This document shows, piece after piece, positions 1 to 9,710 of a stretch of DNA of 64,000 bases. How positions within the stretch are numbered: position 1 is the first letter of the stretch; each line of letters begins with the position of its first letter. The DNA is from Vulcanimicrobiales bacterium. GTDB lineage: Bacteria; Vulcanimicrobiota; Vulcanimicrobiia; Vulcanimicrobiales; Vulcanimicrobiaceae. The stretch lies in contig JBBQQR010000006.1 in the NCBI GenBank assembly GCA_038215615.1, positions 6,417-70,416 of the forward strand, read 5' to 3'. A program made the position numbers and the translations under genes. The notes under the pieces were generated by a model, which saw only the letters and a list, made by a program, of their open reading frames with translations, was not told where the DNA came from and did no database searches.

Positions 1-526
1 CGGCTCGTTCTTTCAAGTAAACGTGGAGATCCTCGAGCGCATTTTGGAACGCCTCGATCTGCTGCTGAGCCGGCCGCTGCGCATTCTCGATCTCTACTGC
101 GGCGCGGGCGCATTTGCGCTGTACTTTGCCAAGCGCGGCTCGACGGTTCTGGGGATCGAGGAGAATACGCTCGCTGTCGCCGAGGCGCGCGAAAATGCCG
201 CACTCAACGGTCTCACGCCGAATGTGCGCTTTCACGCGAGCACGGTGGAGCATGCGCTCACGCACCCGGCCATGGCGAAGGACGTCGCCGGAACTGAGGC
301 CGTGTTTTTGGATCCGCCGCGCAAGGGCTGCGAGGAGCGCGCGCTTGGCGCAATCGCCGCCCGGCAAATCCCCGCGATTTGGTACCTGTCCTGCGATCCG
401 GCAACGCTGGCCCGGGATTTGAAGTTTCTGGCCGCCAAAGGGTACCGCCCCGGCGAGATCCAGCCGTTCGACATGTTTCCGCAAACGGGACACATCGAGA
501 CCCTGGCGCTTCTCGCCCTTCCTTGA
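1..526 (+). CDS. 3' part of a RumA/TrmA-family SAM-dependent RNA (uracil-5)-methyltransferase; the 5' end lies outside the window
   Basis: Frame 2 is open from base 2. The translation GSFFQVN...LDLYCGAGAFALYFA (SAM motif I)...FLDPPRKGC...YLSCDPATLARDL...FDMFPQTGHIETLALL matches the catalytic C-terminal core of RlmD/RumA-type enzymes. Confidence 0.85.
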   Translation, partial: GSFFQVNVEILERILERLDLLLSRPLRILDLYCGAGAFALYFAKRGSTVLGIEENTLAVAEARENAALNGLTPNVRFHASTVEHALTHPAMAKDVAGTEAVFLDPPRKGCEERALGAIAARQIPAIWYLSCDPATLARDLKFLAAKGYRPGEIQPFDMFPQTGHIETLALLALP

Positions 527-533
527 GGTAGGC

Positions 534-827
534 GTGGCATCTGAAAAAATAGACGTCCGGTACGTTGCAAAACTCGCCCGAATCGCGCTTACGCAAGACG
601 AAGTCGAACGCTTTGGCGCGCAGCTCCACGATCTGCTCGCGCACGTCAACGTGCTTTCCGAATTGGAAACGTCTGCTGTCCCCGCTACCGCGCAAGTCGT
701 CGAATCCACCAACGTCGAGCGTGCCGACGAAACCGGCCCATGCCTGGATCGTGAAACGGTACTCGCCATGGCGCCGCAACGCGAAGGTGCGTTTTTTCGC
801 GTTCCAAAGATTATCGCCGAACCGTGA
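534..827 (+). CDS. gatC: Asp/Glu-tRNA amidotransferase subunit C
   Basis: 97-aa ORF with a GTG start. IDVRYVAKLARIALTQDEVERFGAQLHDLLAHVNVL is typical of GatC. It sits directly upstream of gatA and overlaps it in a GTGA. Confidence 0.93.
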   Translation: MASEKIDVRYVAKLARIALTQDEVERFGAQLHDLLAHVNVLSELETSAVPATAQVVESTNVERADETGPCLDRETVLAMAPQREGAFFRVPKIIAEP

Positions 828-2284
828 ACGAGCTCGTCAAACGATCGGCGGCGGGGATCGCGCGCGACGTTCGCGCCAGGCGTGTCTCCGCTCGCGAGGT
901 GACCGAAGCGGTACTGGCCCGCGTCGATGAAGTGGACGGCCGGCTGGGATGTTATCTCACGCGGCTGCACGATCTTGCGCGCGAACAGGCACGCCGCGTG
1001 GACGAGCGCGTCGCGGTGGGTGAAGTGCTGCCGCTGGCGGGCGTGCCGGTGGCCGTCAAGGACAACATGTGTTTGACCGGGACGCGGACGACTGCGGCGT
1101 CGAAAATTTTAGAAAACTGGATAGCCCCGTACACGGCGACGGCTGTGCAGCGTATGCTCGACGCGGGTGCGGTCCCGATTGGAAAATCGAATCTCGACGA
1201 ATTCGCGATGGGCAGTTCGTGCGAAAACAGCGCCCTCGGCGTAACGCGCAATCCCTACGACCTCAAGCGTGTGCCGGGCGGCAGTTCGGGTGGATCGGCC
1301 GCAGCGGTGGCGGCTTTCGAGGCGGCGATAGGATTGGGAAGCGACACCGGAGGATCGATTCGCGAGCCGGGCGCTTTCTGCAACGTCGTCGGTTTCAAAC
1401 CGACGTACGGACGCGTGTCGCGCTACGGTCTGATCGCGTTCGCGTCGAGCTTGGATCAGATCGGTCCGCTGACGCGAACCGTTGAAGATGCGGCGCTGGC
1501 ATACGACGTGATGGCCGGGCACGATCCCATGGACTCCACCAGCATCGATCGTCCGGTCGAGCCGGCCGCATCCTCGCTTCGCGAAGATCTCAAAGGCCTA
1601 CGCATCGGCATCGTCAAGGAATTCGTGACCGCTAAACTCGGTCCGGAGATCGACGCGCTCTACAAACGGGCGTATGAAGAACTCGCAGGGCTCGGAGCGG
1701 AACTCGTTGAGGTGTCGCTGCCGACCGCTGATTACGGGCTTGCGACTTATTATTTGATAGCGCCGGCCGAATGCAGCAGCAACTTGGCGAGATTCGATGG
1801 CGTTCGTTATGGCTTGCGAGTCGACGGCGCTGATGTCGGACAGATGTACGAACGGACTCGCGCGGCCGGCTTTGGTCCCGAAGTAAAGCGCCGTATTCTG
1901 ATCGGCACGTACGCGCTTTCGAGCGGGTATTATGACGCGTATTACGTCAAAGCTCAGAAGGCACGCACCATGTTCGCGCAAGATTTCCGCAAAGCGTTTG
2001 AACGCTGCGATCTGATCGCCGCGCCGGCCGCAAGCAGCCCGGCGTTCGAATTTAACTCCAAGAGCGATCCGTACAGCATGTACATGATGGATTACTACAC
2101 GATACCGATGTCGCTGGCCGGTTTGCCCGCGCTTTCAGTTCCGTGCGGGTATGCCGGCACGCCGGCGCTTCCGATGGGATTGCAGCTGGCGGCGCCGCTC
2201 TTCGAAGAGTCCAAACTCCTGGGCGCCGCGCACGCGTACGAACGCGCGACCGCGTACGCCGCGAAAGGAGCGCTGGCTGTATGA
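824..2284 (+). CDS. gatA: Asp/Glu-tRNA amidotransferase subunit A
   Basis: 486 aa with the amidase signature GVPVAVKDNMCLTGTRTTAASKIL and GGSSGGSAAAVAA...GSDTGGSIREP. Part of the gatCAB gene order. Confidence 0.97.
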   Translation: MNELVKRSAAGIARDVRARRVSAREVTEAVLARVDEVDGRLGCYLTRLHDLAREQARRVDERVAVGEVLPLAGVPVAVKDNMCLTGTRTTAASKILENWIAPYTATAVQRMLDAGAVPIGKSNLDEFAMGSSCENSALGVTRNPYDLKRVPGGSSGGSAAAVAAFEAAIGLGSDTGGSIREPGAFCNVVGFKPTYGRVSRYGLIAFASSLDQIGPLTRTVEDAALAYDVMAGHDPMDSTSIDRPVEPAASSLREDLKGLRIGIVKEFVTAKLGPEIDALYKRAYEELAGLGAELVEVSLPTADYGLATYYLIAPAECSSNLARFDGVRYGLRVDGADVGQMYERTRAAGFGPEVKRRILIGTYALSSGYYDAYYVKAQKARTMFAQDFRKAFERCDLIAAPAASSPAFEFNSKSDPYSMYMMDYYTIPMSLAGLPALSVPCGYAGTPALPMGLQLAAPLFEESKLLGAAHAYERATAYAAKGALAV

Positions 2285-3741
2285 CGGAGTGGACGCGCTA
2301 CGAAGCCGTCATCGGCGTTGAATGCCACGTCGAGTTGAAAACGCGCAGCAAAATGTTTTGCGCTTGCGCCAACGAGTTCGGCGGCGAACCGAACACAAAA
2401 GTCTGTCCGGTTTGCTTGGCGCTGCCCGGCTCGCTGCCGGTTGCTAACGCCGAAGCGATCCGTCACATGATTCGCGCCGGCCTCGCCTTCGGAGCGTCGA
2501 TTCCGGAGTTCTCGAAGTTCGATCGCAAGAACTACTTCTATCCCGATATGCCCAAAGATTATCAAATCTCGCAATACGACATGCCGTTAACGCTCGGCGG
2601 CACCGTGCATTACTGGCTCGAAGACGGTACGCTCAAAGAATGCAAGCTCACGCGCATTCATTTAGAAGAGGATACGGGCAAATCGATGCACGGCGGCGGC
2701 GGGGATGGACGAATTGCGGGCAGTTCGTTCTCGCTAATCGATTTCAACCGCGCCGGCGTCCCCTTGATGGAGTGCGTCAGCGAACCGGATCTGCGCAGCG
2801 CGCAGGAAGCGGTCGGTTATTTGGAGGCGCTCAAACGAACGTTCGTGCAGTTGGGCGTGAGCGACGTAAAGATGGAGGAAGGCTCACTGCGCTGCGATGC
2901 CAACGTTTCCATTCGCCCCGCGGGCAGTACGGAGCTCGGGACCAAGACCGAGATCAAGAACATGAATTCGTTCCGCTCGGTGCTGCGCGCCGTCGAAAGC
3001 GAAATCAAACGGCAGACGGCGATTCTCGAATCAGGCGGCCGTATCGTACAGGAGACGCGCGGCTGGGACGAAGGTCAAGGCGAAACGCACTCGATGCGCA
3101 GTAAAGAAGAAGCGCATGACTACCGCTATTTCCCCGATCCCGATCTCGTGCCGATCGAGATCGACGCCGCGCTCATCGACGAATTGAAGAGAACGATCCC
3201 GGTGCTGCCACCGGAGCGCTTCGCAAAATACCGGGAGTACGGAATGGACGCCAAACAGGCGACGCAGCTCGTCGACAACTCCCCGCTTGCGACCTACTTC
3301 GATGCAACCGTGGCGGCCGGCGCCGACCCGCAAGCGAGCATGAATTTCGTGCTCGGCGACCTTTCGCGGCTGGCAAATGAAACCGGCACGGCGGTGAACG
3401 AATCGGCCGTGACACCGGCGGCGCTGGCAGAGCTCGTCTTGCTCGTGGAAGGCAAAACGATCAATTCGAAGATCGCCAAAGAACTGCTCGAGCGCATGTG
3501 GGCCGGCGAGGGTTCCCCGAAAGCGATCGTCGAGAAAGAAAGCCTCGCGCAAACCAGCGACACGGGCGAAATCGAAAATCTGATCGGCGCTGTCTTGGCC
3601 GCGAACGAAAAAGCGGTAACCGACTATAAAGCCGGCAAAACGAACATCCTGGGTTTTCTTACCGGTGCGGTGATGAAGGCGTCGCGCGGGAAAGCCAATC
3701 CTGCCCTCGTCAACGAACTGCTGCGAAAAAGACTGGAGTAA
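2281..3741 (+). CDS. gatB: Asp/Glu-tRNA amidotransferase subunit B
   Basis: The ORF track starts at 2143, but homology begins at MTEWTRYEAVIGVECHVEL (ATG 2281, an ATGA overlap with the gatA stop). GatB motifs include NRAGVPLMECVSEPD and a C-terminal YqeY-like tail. Confidence 0.96.
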   Translation: MTEWTRYEAVIGVECHVELKTRSKMFCACANEFGGEPNTKVCPVCLALPGSLPVANAEAIRHMIRAGLAFGASIPEFSKFDRKNYFYPDMPKDYQISQYDMPLTLGGTVHYWLEDGTLKECKLTRIHLEEDTGKSMHGGGGDGRIAGSSFSLIDFNRAGVPLMECVSEPDLRSAQEAVGYLEALKRTFVQLGVSDVKMEEGSLRCDANVSIRPAGSTELGTKTEIKNMNSFRSVLRAVESEIKRQTAILESGGRIVQETRGWDEGQGETHSMRSKEEAHDYRYFPDPDLVPIEIDAALIDELKRTIPVLPPERFAKYREYGMDAKQATQLVDNSPLATYFDATVAAGADPQASMNFVLGDLSRLANETGTAVNESAVTPAALAELVLLVEGKTINSKIAKELLERMWAGEGSPKAIVEKESLAQTSDTGEIENLIGAVLAANEKAVTDYKAGKTNILGFLTGAVMKASRGKANPALVNELLRKRLE

Positions 3742-3745
3742 CGAT

Positions 3746-4099
3746 ATGGGCGTTAACGGAATCGACGCGAGCTACTATACCGTCATCGACTTAGAGAAGA
3801 TGACCGGTTTTTACGGCAAGATATTGGGCGAACCGGCGACGCGTGCGCAACGCTGGTCGGAATGGACCTTCGCTGACGGGTCGTCATTCGGGATATACAT
3901 GGCCGACGGAAAAACGGGCGGCCGCAGCGGCAGCATCATGTTCGCCGTAGACGACGTGCCGGCGATGGCGAAGCAAGCGGAAGCGGCCGGCGCGACCATC
4001 GACGCCGATCACGAACTCCTTGAGATGCCCAGCTGTCAGATGATGTTTGCCGATGATCCGGAGGGCAATCAATTCATCCTCCACAAGCGGAAAACGTAG
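3746..4099 (+). CDS. VOC (glyoxalase/bleomycin-resistance) family protein
   Basis: 117 aa with a single beta-alpha-beta-beta-beta-type pattern (YYTVIDLEKMTGFYGKILG ... DPEGNQFILH), typical of small VOC proteins. Confidence 0.7.
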   Translation: MGVNGIDASYYTVIDLEKMTGFYGKILGEPATRAQRWSEWTFADGSSFGIYMADGKTGGRSGSIMFAVDDVPAMAKQAEAAGATIDADHELLEMPSCQMMFADDPEGNQFILHKRKT

Positions 4100-6429
4100 C
4101 GCTCGCCGACGACCGCACCCTCGAAAGCCTCGATTTCGCGGCGCTGCGCGCGCGCGTTGCGGGGCGCTGCGTCACCGAGCGCGGCCGCGGCCGCGGCGAA
4201 GAGCTGCAGCCGTCGCCCGATTTCGATCGCGCGGTTCGCGAACAGGCCAAAACAGCGGCCGTGCGCGGCCTGGTCGTTTCCGCCGACTTCCACGTTTTGC
4301 CCGCGGTCGAAACGGCCGAGCTGACTTCGCGCGCCGCAATCGGTACCGCCCTTTCGTCGATCGACTTGCGTTCGCTTGCGGAAGCAATTGGTGCCGCTGC
4401 GGCGGCCTTCAATAAAACGCGCGAATACGCAGGAGACGCTCTCGCCGAAGTAACCGCGCCATACCGGCCCCTCAAGGAATTGCAACGCGCGCTCACCGAT
4501 TCGATCGACGAGCGGGGCGTCGTGCTCGACCGCGCTTCGCCCGCGCTGGGCCGCATCCGCAGAAACTTGCAGAACGCCCAGCGCGAAGCTCGCGATCGCG
4601 TGAGCGCGCTGCTTCGTTCGCCGAAGTATGCCCGCGCGATCCAGGACTCCGTCGTAACGATCCGCGACGGCCGTTTCGTCGTCCCGGTGAAAACCGAGTT
4701 CAGCGCGGATGTCCCGGGCATCGTGCACGACACGAGCTCGAGCGGGCAAACCGTATTCGTGGAGCCGCTCGCGGCGCTGGAAACGAACAACCGGGTGCGC
4801 ACACTCGAGATCGAGCAAGAGCGTGAAATCGCGAGAATCCTCGCGCAGCTCTCGCGCGAAGCCGGCGCGCATGCACCGCAAATCGAAGCCAACATGGACA
4901 TGCTTGCCGAGCTCGATCTGTTGGCAGCCAAAGCAGATGTTGCGCAGGCGATGGACGCACGCGTGCCGGAACTCACACAAGAGTCGGGAGTGAGCGTACT
5001 GTCCGGGCGCCACCCGCTGCTCGGCGATCGCGCCGTTCCGCAGTCGCTTACGCTAGACGAAGACACGCGCGTGCTGGTGATCAGCGGTCCGAACATGGGC
5101 GGGAAGACGGTCGCCCTCAAGATGGTCGGCTTGTTCGTGTTGATGACCTACGCCGGTATGCAAGTTCCGGCCGCGGACGGAACGCGCATCGGGCGCTTCG
5201 ACTGCGTCTTCGCAGACATCGGCGACGAGCAGTCGATCGCGGCCAACACATCGACCTTCTCGGCGCATCTTGCGCGGATGCGCGACATTCTGGCGCGGGC
5301 GGGTCCGCGTTCGCTCGTGCTCGTCGATGAAATCGGCGGCGGCACCGAGCCGGGAAGCGGCGCAGCGCTGGCGGTGGCTATGCTTGGGCGACTACTCGAC
5401 GCCGGCGCGTGCGCCATCGTTACGACCCACAGCACCGAGCTCAAGCTTTTCGCCCATGAAGCCGGCAAGGTGACGAACGCAAGCGTGCGGTTCGATCCGC
5501 ACACGTTCGCGCCGACGTTTCATCTGGACGTCGGGACCCCGGGGCAGTCGCTGGCCTTTGCGCTGGCGCGATCGATCGGCATCGATCGCGAATTGATTAC
5601 AAATGCTGAAGCGCTGTTGACGACGCGCGATCGCGATTACGAGCGGGCGTTGAGTCAGCTCGCAGACCTTAATGCGAACCTGCAGCGGGAACGCGAGATG
5701 CTTGCGCGCGACCGCGCCCACATCGGTACGTTGCAAGAAAATCTGCGTTCGCGGGCTGAAACGCTTGAGCGTGAGCGCCGTTCCTTTGCGCAAATTGCCG
5801 ACACGCGGTTGCGGGAAACGCTGCGAGATTTCGCGGCCGATCTTGCCGCGCTCGGCTCGCGCCAAACACCTCCGAAGGTGACGCGCGGTCAGGCGGAGCT
5901 CTTGGCGCGAACCCTGGACGACCTGCACGGCGATCTCGGAATGACTTCAGATGAGCCGGCCGGCGAAGCCGCCCCGGCGCGCGTTTTCGTGCAAGGAGAT
6001 CCGGTACGCGTTCTCTCGCTCGCACAAGACGGTTCGGTCGTCGCCGATAACGGAGAGAACGTGCTGGTCGCTATCGGTCCGATGAAGACGATGGTGCCCA
6101 AGAAAGATCTTCGATCGATCGCGGCGGCGGCAAAGCGTTCGGGACCTTCTCCGGGAGAGGCTCAACTTGAAGCCGCCGGCAGGACGAGGGTGGAATTGGA
6201 CGTGCGCGGCAAGCGGTTTGTCGAAGCGGAGCCACTGGTCGATCACTGGATCGATGAAGCGGTGCTGGCGGGAAATACTCCGCTGCGGCTGATCCACGGC
6301 AAAGGCACGGGGATGCTCGGCCGCGGGCTGCAAGTGTATTTGCGCGCGCATCCGCAGGTCACGGGCGTGCGCTATGGCAGCGAAGACGAGGGAGGCGGCG
6401 GCGTAACGATTTTTGAACTGCGCTCCTGA
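4072..6429 (+). CDS. mutS2: Endonuclease MutS2 (MutS domain V ATPase plus C-terminal Smr); start uncertain (ATT 4072 proposed; first canonical start is GTG 4261)
   Basis: Walker A ISGPNMGGKTVALK, DEIGGGTEP, and a C-terminal Smr domain (ELDVRGKRFVEAEP...IHGKGTGMLGRGLQ). The conserved MutS2 N-terminus (DRTLESLDFAALRARVAGRC) is encoded in frame at 4111-4170, upstream of GTG 4261. There is no ATG/GTG/TTG between the frame stop at 4054 and 4261. ATT 4072 lies 6 nt after GGAGGG (4060-4065) and gives 785 aa, the usual MutS2 length. Confidence 0.9.
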   Translation: MHPPQAENVALADDRTLESLDFAALRARVAGRCVTERGRGRGEELQPSPDFDRAVREQAKTAAVRGLVVSADFHVLPAVETAELTSRAAIGTALSSIDLRSLAEAIGAAAAAFNKTREYAGDALAEVTAPYRPLKELQRALTDSIDERGVVLDRASPALGRIRRNLQNAQREARDRVSALLRSPKYARAIQDSVVTIRDGRFVVPVKTEFSADVPGIVHDTSSSGQTVFVEPLAALETNNRVRTLEIEQEREIARILAQLSREAGAHAPQIEANMDMLAELDLLAAKADVAQAMDARVPELTQESGVSVLSGRHPLLGDRAVPQSLTLDEDTRVLVISGPNMGGKTVALKMVGLFVLMTYAGMQVPAADGTRIGRFDCVFADIGDEQSIAANTSTFSAHLARMRDILARAGPRSLVLVDEIGGGTEPGSGAALAVAMLGRLLDAGACAIVTTHSTELKLFAHEAGKVTNASVRFDPHTFAPTFHLDVGTPGQSLAFALARSIGIDRELITNAEALLTTRDRDYERALSQLADLNANLQREREMLARDRAHIGTLQENLRSRAETLERERRSFAQIADTRLRETLRDFAADLAALGSRQTPPKVTRGQAELLARTLDDLHGDLGMTSDEPAGEAAPARVFVQGDPVRVLSLAQDGSVVADNGENVLVAIGPMKTMVPKKDLRSIAAAAKRSGPSPGEAQLEAAGRTRVELDVRGKRFVEAEPLVDHWIDEAVLAGNTPLRLIHGKGTGMLGRGLQVYLRAHPQVTGVRYGSEDEGGGGVTIFELRS

Positions 6430-7617
6430 ATGTCCAAGCCAATTGAAGAACTGCTCGACGGGTTCGACCATGTCGAAACGCGGCGCGAGCTCGAGGAACG
6501 GCTAGCCGGCGGCGAACCGCTGACCGTCAAGCTCGGTCTCGACCCGACCTCGCCCGATCTGCATCTGGGGCATGCGGTCGTCTTGCGCAAACTTCAGGAG
6601 TTTGTGGAAGCGGGCCACAAGGTCGTACTGGTCATCGGCTCGTTTACCGCGCGCATCGGCGATCCGTCGGGACGCAACGAATTGCGTCCGGCGCTGACGA
6701 CCGCCGACATAACGGCAAACATGAAAACCTACGCCGAGCAAGCCGGCAAAGTGCTCGATATGGATCGCGTGCGCCTAGAATACAATTCCACGTGGCTCGA
6801 CCGCCTGACGTCGGCCGATTTACTGCGGCTGCTCTCCCAGGTCACTGTCGCGCAAATGATTGAGCGAGAAGATTTTCACGAACGCTACACAGCCGGGACG
6901 CCGATCGCGCTGCACGAATTTCTGTATCCGATTGCGCAGGCGTACGACAGCATCGCGCTGCACGCCGACGTCGAGCTCGGTGGCAACGACCAGCTCTTCA
7001 ATTTACTCATGGGGCGCCAGTATCAACGCGCGGCCGGTCAGCGCGAACAGGTGTGCATGACGGTTCCGCTGCTCGAAGGTTTGGATGGTTCAAAAAAAAT
7101 GTCCAAATCGGCGGGTAATTCCGTGGGTTTGACCGAGCCCCCCGAGCAACAGTTTGGAAAGCTGATGCGGATTCCGGACGAGGCGATTCCGCGTTACGCG
7201 CGTTTGGCGGCGTTCCGCTCGCAAGACGAGTGCGATCGTCTTTCGCAAGCGCTCGGCAACGGCAAAGCGCATCCCATGCAAGAGAAGAAGCGGATCGCGC
7301 AAGAGGTGGTCGCCCTCTATCACGGCGGTTCTGCGGCGAATGCGGCCCGCGAATATTTCGAACGGACCGTGCAACAGCGCGAGCTGCCGGCGGGCGACGT
7401 GCCCGAGATTAGGCTGGGCGACGCACGGCGCGTCGCGGACGTGCTGGTTGCGTCGGGGCTTGCGGAAAGCCGGCGCGCTGCGGAGCGTCTGGTTGCGGGT
7501 AAGGGGGTACGCATCGATGGTATACTCGTCGAGGATCCGAAGGCGCCTTGGCCCGCGGGCGGCCCGGTGACGCTCTCGGTCGGCGCGCGAAAATTTGTAA
7601 GGGTACTGCCCAACTAA
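6430..7617 (+). CDS. tyrS: Tyrosine--tRNA ligase
   Basis: 395 aa with a HIGH-type motif (PDLHLGHAV), KMSKS (KKMSKSAGN) and a C-terminal S4-like domain. The start abuts the mutS2 stop. Confidence 0.93.
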   Translation: MSKPIEELLDGFDHVETRRELEERLAGGEPLTVKLGLDPTSPDLHLGHAVVLRKLQEFVEAGHKVVLVIGSFTARIGDPSGRNELRPALTTADITANMKTYAEQAGKVLDMDRVRLEYNSTWLDRLTSADLLRLLSQVTVAQMIEREDFHERYTAGTPIALHEFLYPIAQAYDSIALHADVELGGNDQLFNLLMGRQYQRAAGQREQVCMTVPLLEGLDGSKKMSKSAGNSVGLTEPPEQQFGKLMRIPDEAIPRYARLAAFRSQDECDRLSQALGNGKAHPMQEKKRIAQEVVALYHGGSAANAAREYFERTVQQRELPAGDVPEIRLGDARRVADVLVASGLAESRRAAERLVAGKGVRIDGILVEDPKAPWPAGGPVTLSVGARKFVRVLPN

Positions 7618-7618
7618 C

Positions 7619-7801
7619 ATGAAAAAATTTATCTGCAAGCGCTGCAAACGCGAATACGCCTATCCCCAGGCCGGGGGCCCGCCGATCAAGTGCGAGTGCG
7701 GCTGGTGGTACGAAAACGTGCGCGGAAGGATTCGTGAGGCGTTCTGGGAGCGGATCGATCCGTACCGCGACCCGCCGCCTACGCTTTTTTCAAAAGGGTA
7801 A
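7619..7801 (+). CDS. Small zinc-ribbon-like hypothetical protein
   Basis: 60-aa ORF starting 2 nt after tyrS, with CxxC...CxC (CKRCKREY...KCECGWWY). Its 3' end overlaps the convergent hslO by 23 nt. No homology recognised. Confidence 0.4.
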   Translation: MKKFICKRCKREYAYPQAGGPPIKCECGWWYENVRGRIREAFWERIDPYRDPPPTLFSKG

Positions 7802-8669
7802 CGAGTTCGGCGAGCTCCGCCGAACTGAACACGTAAATGCTCTTACAGAATTCGCACGTTGCGTCGGTTCGCGGACGCTCCCGCGACATCTTGAGAATCT
7901 CGTCCGCGCCCAGTCCCGCCAAAGCGGTTTCAACCCGCTCGCGCGTGCACAGGCAGGCGAAGCCGACTTCGATGACGCGTTCGGATCGCACGGCCGCACT
8001 TCCCGCAAACCGTTTTATGAGCGCGTGCGCATCGATTCCGCGCGAAATCAGCGTGGTGATCGGCGGCAACTCCAGCGCGCGCCGTTCGAGCATCGCGATC
8101 GCTTTCTCGTCGGCGTCGGGTAAGACTTGGGCGATAACGCCGCCCGCGGCAACGACTCCCGATGGATCGGCCAGCACGCCGAGTGCAACGGCGCTCGGAA
8201 TCTGTTCCGACTTCAAAAGATAGAACGCGAGATCTTCGGCGATCTCTCCGGTTTGGAGCGGAACGACCCCGGAGTACGGCTGTCCCTCTTCGTAAGCTTT
8301 GGTGACATGCAGCGTGCCCGATCCGATCGCGCCGGCGACATCGAACTTGCCGGCGGCGTTTAGCGGGACGTCCGCACGAGGCGCTTTCACATAAGCGCGC
8401 GCTCCGATCCGGCCGGAAGCGGTCAGCCATGCCTCGGCGGCAACCCGCTGCAGCGGACCGTTGCCGGCCGCCTGTAGCGAGATGCGCAGCGTGTCTTTCA
8501 GACCCGCTCCGAGCAGTGCAGCTCCCGTGATCAGGCGGCCCGCGGCGGCTGTCGCGGTGGGGCTCAGAGCGTGCCGGCGCTGGGTTTCGCGGACCAGCTC
8601 GGTCGTAATCGCCGCGGTTATGGCAAAACCGGCTTCGGGGAGTGAGGCGGTGACGATCGCATCGCGCAT
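7779..8669 (-). CDS. hslO: Redox-regulated chaperone Hsp33
   Basis: The ORF track extends to 9227, but homology starts at MRDAIVTASL (ATG 8669), giving 296 aa. The C-terminal zinc centre is CLCTRERV ... CEFCKSIY (CxC...CxxC). Confidence 0.9.
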   Translation of the reverse strand: MRDAIVTASLPEAGFAITAAITTELVRETQRRHALSPTATAAAGRLITGAALLGAGLKDTLRISLQAAGNGPLQRVAAEAWLTASGRIGARAYVKAPRADVPLNAAGKFDVAGAIGSGTLHVTKAYEEGQPYSGVVPLQTGEIAEDLAFYLLKSEQIPSAVALGVLADPSGVVAAGGVIAQVLPDADEKAIAMLERRALELPPITTLISRGIDAHALIKRFAGSAAVRSERVIEVGFACLCTRERVETALAGLGADEILKMSRERPRTDATCEFCKSIYVFSSAELAELVTLLKKA

Positions 8670-8726
8670 GTTCCGGGCCGCATTTGCCCCGAGGTTCGCT
8701 TTCTTTCCTTCCCGAAAGCGCCGCCC

Positions 8727-9155
8727 ATGCGAGTCCTTGTGATTCACGGGCCGAACCTGAATCTGCTCGGCGAGCGTGAGCCCGCCGTCTACGGTACGCA
8801 GACGCTTGCGCACATCGACGCGCGGATCGCCGGGCTCGCCAAGGAGCTGCAGCTCGACGTGCGCAGCGTGCAGCATAATTCGGAAGGCGCGATCGTCGAC
8901 GAGCTGCATGCCGCACGCAGTTCCTTTGATTACATTATCCTCAACCCGGGTGCCTACACTCATTACGCGTACGCGATTGCCGACGCGATTGCCGCGATCG
9001 ACGTTCCCGTGATCGAGGTGCACGTATCGAACATTTTCGCACGCGAAGAATTCCGGCGCAACAGCGTAGTGGCGCCCGTCTGCGTCGGCACGATCGGTGG
9101 TTTCGGCGTTGATTCCTATCTGCTGGCGCTGCGCGCCGCGGCCGATAAAATATGA
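8727..9155 (+). CDS. aroQ: Type II 3-dehydroquinate dehydratase
   Basis: 142 aa. MRVLVIHGPNLNLLGEREPAVYG ... INPGAYTHYAYAIADA ... VIEVHVSNI is characteristic of AroQ. Confidence 0.95.
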   Translation: MRVLVIHGPNLNLLGEREPAVYGTQTLAHIDARIAGLAKELQLDVRSVQHNSEGAIVDELHAARSSFDYIILNPGAYTHYAYAIADAIAAIDVPVIEVHVSNIFAREEFRRNSVVAPVCVGTIGGFGVDSYLLALRAAADKI

Positions 9156-9259
9156 GGTTTTCGCTGCATGCGCGGAAGGAGGCCACCGAGTCCCTCCGTA
9201 TAACAATCCAGGCGGCGGGCCCATCATCGCACTAGCGCCGCATAAGGAGACTTGAGAAC

Positions 9260-9583
9260 TTGACGAAAGCCGAAATCATAGAGTCCGTTGCCAGCGAGTC
9301 CGAACTCTCGAAACGCCAAGCGACGGAAATTGTCGACCTGATCATCAGCGAGATCACGTCGGCGCTGCAAAAGGGTGATGAAGTCGCTCTCACGCCGTTC
9401 GGAAGATTCAAGGTGCGTGCGCGAAAAGCGCGCGAGGGGCGCAACCCCAAGACGGGCGCGAAGATTAAGATTCCGGCGCGCAAAGTCCCGGCCTTTGTCG
9501 CCGGCAAAGCGCTCAAAGATGCCGTCGCCGGCGGGCGCGGCGGTTCGAAAAAGACAGCAGCGAAGAAAAAACGCAGGCGCTAA
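9260..9583 (+). CDS. hup: HU/IHF-family nucleoid protein with a lysine-rich C-terminal tail
   Basis: TTG start. MTKAEIIESVA...FGRFKVRARKAREGRNPKTGAKIKIPARKVPAFVAGKALKDAV is the HU fold signature; the tail is GGRGGSKKTAAKKKRRR. Confidence 0.92.
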   Translation: MTKAEIIESVASESELSKRQATEIVDLIISEITSALQKGDEVALTPFGRFKVRARKAREGRNPKTGAKIKIPARKVPAFVAGKALKDAVAGGRGGSKKTAAKKKRRR

Positions 9584-9626
9584 GCATCTCCACCGGCCCC
9601 TGCGGAGTCCGTTTGGCCCTGGCCAT

Positions 9627-9701
9627 CGGGCTGTAGCGAAGCTTGGTTATCGCGCCTGACTGGGGGTCAGGAGATCGTGGGTTCGAATCCCGCCAGCCCG
9701 A
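9627..9701 (+). tRNA. tRNA-Pro (anticodon GGG), 75 nt, CCA not encoded
   Basis: Manual cloverleaf: acceptor CGGGCTG/CAGCCCG (C1-G72, A73, as in bacterial tRNA-Pro); D arm GCGA-AGCTTGGTTA-TCGC; anticodon arm CCTGA-CTGGGGG-TCAGG (U33, GGG, G37); variable AGATC; T arm GTGGG-TTCGAAT-CCCGC. Confidence 0.9.
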
Positions 9702-9710
9702 GATTCCTTG

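Noticed and set aside
7779-9227. Over-long versions of real genes in the ORF track: hslO to 9227, gatB from 2143, the GT4 genes to 14404 and from 13631, the NUDIX gene to 12944, and the pseudopilin and MFS genes to 35941 and from 35733.
   Set aside because: Homology begins at internal start codons. The extensions overlap neighbouring genes (for example, the hslO extension covers aroQ antisense) and consist of Arg/Gly/Ala-rich filler typical of open frames in GC-rich DNA.
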